NCBI GenBank assembly: GCA_943354975.1
Contig: CALRDS010000002.1
Coordinates: 1 to 38,421, forward strand
From: Candidatus Nomurabacteria bacterium
GTDB taxonomy: Bacteria > Patescibacteriota > Minisyncoccia > Phycocordibacterales > UBA5272
DNA length: 38,421 nucleotides
Direction of reading: 5' to 3'
Notes under the pieces: model-generated
Database searches by the model: none
What the model was told of the DNA's origin: nothing
What the model saw: the letters and a program-made list of their open reading frames with translations, nothing else
Position numbers and translations under genes: made by a program
Shown: positions 36,837 to 38,421 of the stretch, piece after piece
How the letters are laid out: the number at the start of each line of letters is the position of its first letter
Position numbering within the stretch: position 1 is the first letter of the stretch

Positions 36837-37970
36837 TTATTCAAGACCTACGAACTCGTTTTTTACGTGGTATTTGTGACCCGACCGCGCGTATCTATAC
36901 ATCCCCGCACACATCCCAAGTGCCAAACCCTCTGCCAATAAATGCGACCCGCCATAACTCATAAGTGGAAGAGGGATGCCTGTTACGGGAACTATTCCTA
37001 TATTCATACCTATATTTATGGCTATATGAGTTAAAAGCCAAATAAGAACTCCATATGTAAACAAGGCCTCAAACGTAGAGTCTGCAACGAGTGCGTAGAC
37101 AGATAATTTATAAAGAATAATAAAATAAAATATAAGTAGAAGTACCGCACCTAAGAAACCCCACTCTTCTGCGTAGGCTGCGAAAATAAAGTCGGTCTTA
37201 TATTCTGGCAAAAAGTTTAGACGTGATTGAGTGCCGTAACCTATTCCCTTCCCAAGCAATCCTCCAGAGCCAACTGCTATTGTGGACTGGTAAGCGTTAT
37301 ATCCTGTTCCTCTAATATCTTGTAGTGGGTAGATGAAATTTAAAATTCTAGCTTTCTGATATGGTTTGAAAACGAGCTTCCATGAAATGGTTGCAATTAA
37401 AAGTCCCATAGCAAACACGGCAAAAAGATGCTTTTTAGAAATACCAGATATTAATACCATACCAAGCCAAATAGCAAATAACACCATAGCTGAACCCAAA
37501 TCTGGCTGAAGTACTACTAATAGAAACGGGATTAACATATAGACACTGGAGACAATTATGTGACGGATATTTGCGATTTCTACATGTCTGCGAGAAAAAT
37601 ATTTCGCAAGCAAAATAACTAGTGCCAATTTCATCAAGTCACTCGGCTGAAATGCTACACCTGCGAATTGAAACCAGCTTTGTGCCCCTTTTGATATATG
37701 CCCAACTATAAAAAGTAAAGTGAGTACTCCTAACAAAACTCCATATATTGTCATAACAATACGTGTCTGTTTGAGAAAACGATATTCAAATCTAGAAGAA
37801 AAAATAAAAATGGAAAGTGTGATGATTATCCATAATCCTTGCTTTGTAAAATAACTATCATGTCCTTGGAAGGAGCTCATGGTAAGCAGCCCTGCAACCA
37901 AAACACAAATTATCGCTATAAACAGCGTTACATCAAAGATACGCAGGAAGGAAAATATACTACGTGGCAT
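36837..37970 (-). CDS. SEDS-family peptidoglycan polymerase (RodA/FtsW)
   Basis: About 10 TM segments. Motifs QPSDLMKLALVILLAKY, LQPDLGSA, EYKTDFIFAAYAEEWGF and TGIPLPLMSYGGS. Confidence 0.9.
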   Translation of the reverse strand: MPRSIFSFLRIFDVTLFIAIICVLVAGLLTMSSFQGHDSYFTKQGLWIIITLSIFIFSSRFEYRFLKQTRIVMTIYGVLLGVLTLLFIVGHISKGAQSWFQFAGVAFQPSDLMKLALVILLAKYFSRRHVEIANIRHIIVSSVYMLIPFLLVVLQPDLGSAMVLFAIWLGMVLISGISKKHLFAVFAMGLLIATISWKLVFKPYQKARILNFIYPLQDIRGTGYNAYQSTIAVGSGGLLGKGIGYGTQSRLNFLPEYKTDFIFAAYAEEWGFLGAVLLLIFYFIILYKLSVYALVADSTFEALFTYGVLIWLLTHIAINIGMNIGIVPVTGIPLPLMSYGGSHLLAEGLALGMCAGMYRYARSGHKYHVKNEFVGLE

Positions 37971-37975
37971 AATCG

Positions 37976-38421
37976 TTACCGGAAGGTTGGGAATGGGTCA
38001 AAAATCGGATACACCCTGATTTTTGTAGGAGTTATTCCAAAAGAATTGTCCCAAGTAAATGAAATGTTCTGAGAGCCTTCTTTGTCCAAGAAAGGAACAA
38101 CTGTTTCTCCTGCCCCGTAGGCATTATCATCCGCGTCAAATAAGACTGTTCTAAGTACTAGATTAGATATTGCCACTCTTTTTGTATTTATAACAGTCGC
38201 ATAGACATGTGGAATATCCCCAGCCTCATAACGACTATTTAGAATACGAACAGATGGAAAAGTTGGTAACTCATTTATTATATAATGTGGCCCATCAGTA
38301 ATATCGAGAATCAACTCTTTAGGTTCTTTTGAAAGATTTATATTCTGTGCGATTATTGGAAATTCCCCATCAACTGGAACAATGGTTGTGCCGGACGCAA
38401 CGGTAAGCACTACTCCTCTAC
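37976..38421 (-). CDS. hypothetical protein, C-terminal part (5' end probably beyond the window)
   Basis: The frame stays open to the window edge; the track's GTG at 38410 is probably not the real start. No motif recognised. Lies 5 nt upstream of the SEDS gene. Confidence 0.45.
   Translation of the reverse strand, partial: RGVVLTVASGTTIVPVDGEFPIIAQNINLSKEPKELILDITDGPHYIINELPTFPSVRILNSRYEAGDIPHVYATVINTKRVAISNLVLRTVLFDADDNAYGAGETVVPFLDKEGSQNISFTWDNSFGITPTKIRVYPIFDPFPTFR

Overview
This is a 38.4-kb, densely packed, low-GC bacterial chromosomal segment. My hand counts of single 60-nt lines give about 28-37% GC in core genes. Most genes are on the minus strand. The standard genetic code applies: TGA is used as a stop (murC, the 18299-18919 ORF) and all long ORFs are intact.

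Content is mainly housekeeping: typA/bipA, an M3 oligopeptidase, tag, a folB-like gene, a SpoU methyltransferase, a yhhQ-type transporter, tRNA-Ser(GGA), PLDc_N-htpX, lemA and thrS. It continues with a SAM methyltransferase, gyrB, the pheS-pheT-murC-murD operon, a processive GT2 synthase with a CxxC thioredoxin-like partner, and tRNA-Thr(UGU). The remainder is rpsB-tsf, prfA, rpmE, a coiled-coil SLT_2 murein hydrolase, rplY/ctc, a GT4 / WbaP-like / epimerase glycan cluster and rodA/ftsW.

Several translation proteins are domain-minimised: ThrRS lacks TGS, PheS lacks its N-terminal coiled coil, PheT lacks the OB tRNA-binding domain, and EF-Ts is 156 aa. With the many small secreted or membrane orphans, this suggests a reduced-genome lineage such as CPR/Patescibacteria. 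That is inference only.

I find no CRISPR array, rRNA, intact mobile element, or recognisable defence, toxin-antitoxin or biosynthetic system. The features worth a second look are:
1. GC-elevated orphan insertions carrying their own consensus promoters, Shine-Dalgarno sites and terminators. One holds a serine-recombinase relic next to a ~280-nt, ~65% GC, highly self-complementary segment.
2. Core genes that lack SD sites. They have either a -10 box 7-11 nt from the ATG (leaderless architecture) or G-poor leaders built of short direct repeats. One such leader is nearly identical between htpX and prfA.
3. A ~100-nt three-way-junction-like inverted-repeat element.
4. A family of nested intergenic hairpins.
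5. A tRNA-Ser 5'-half-like fragment.
6. A possible divergent YfiH/PgeF-like gene beside murC-murD.

All functional calls come from motif recognition by eye. No searches were run.
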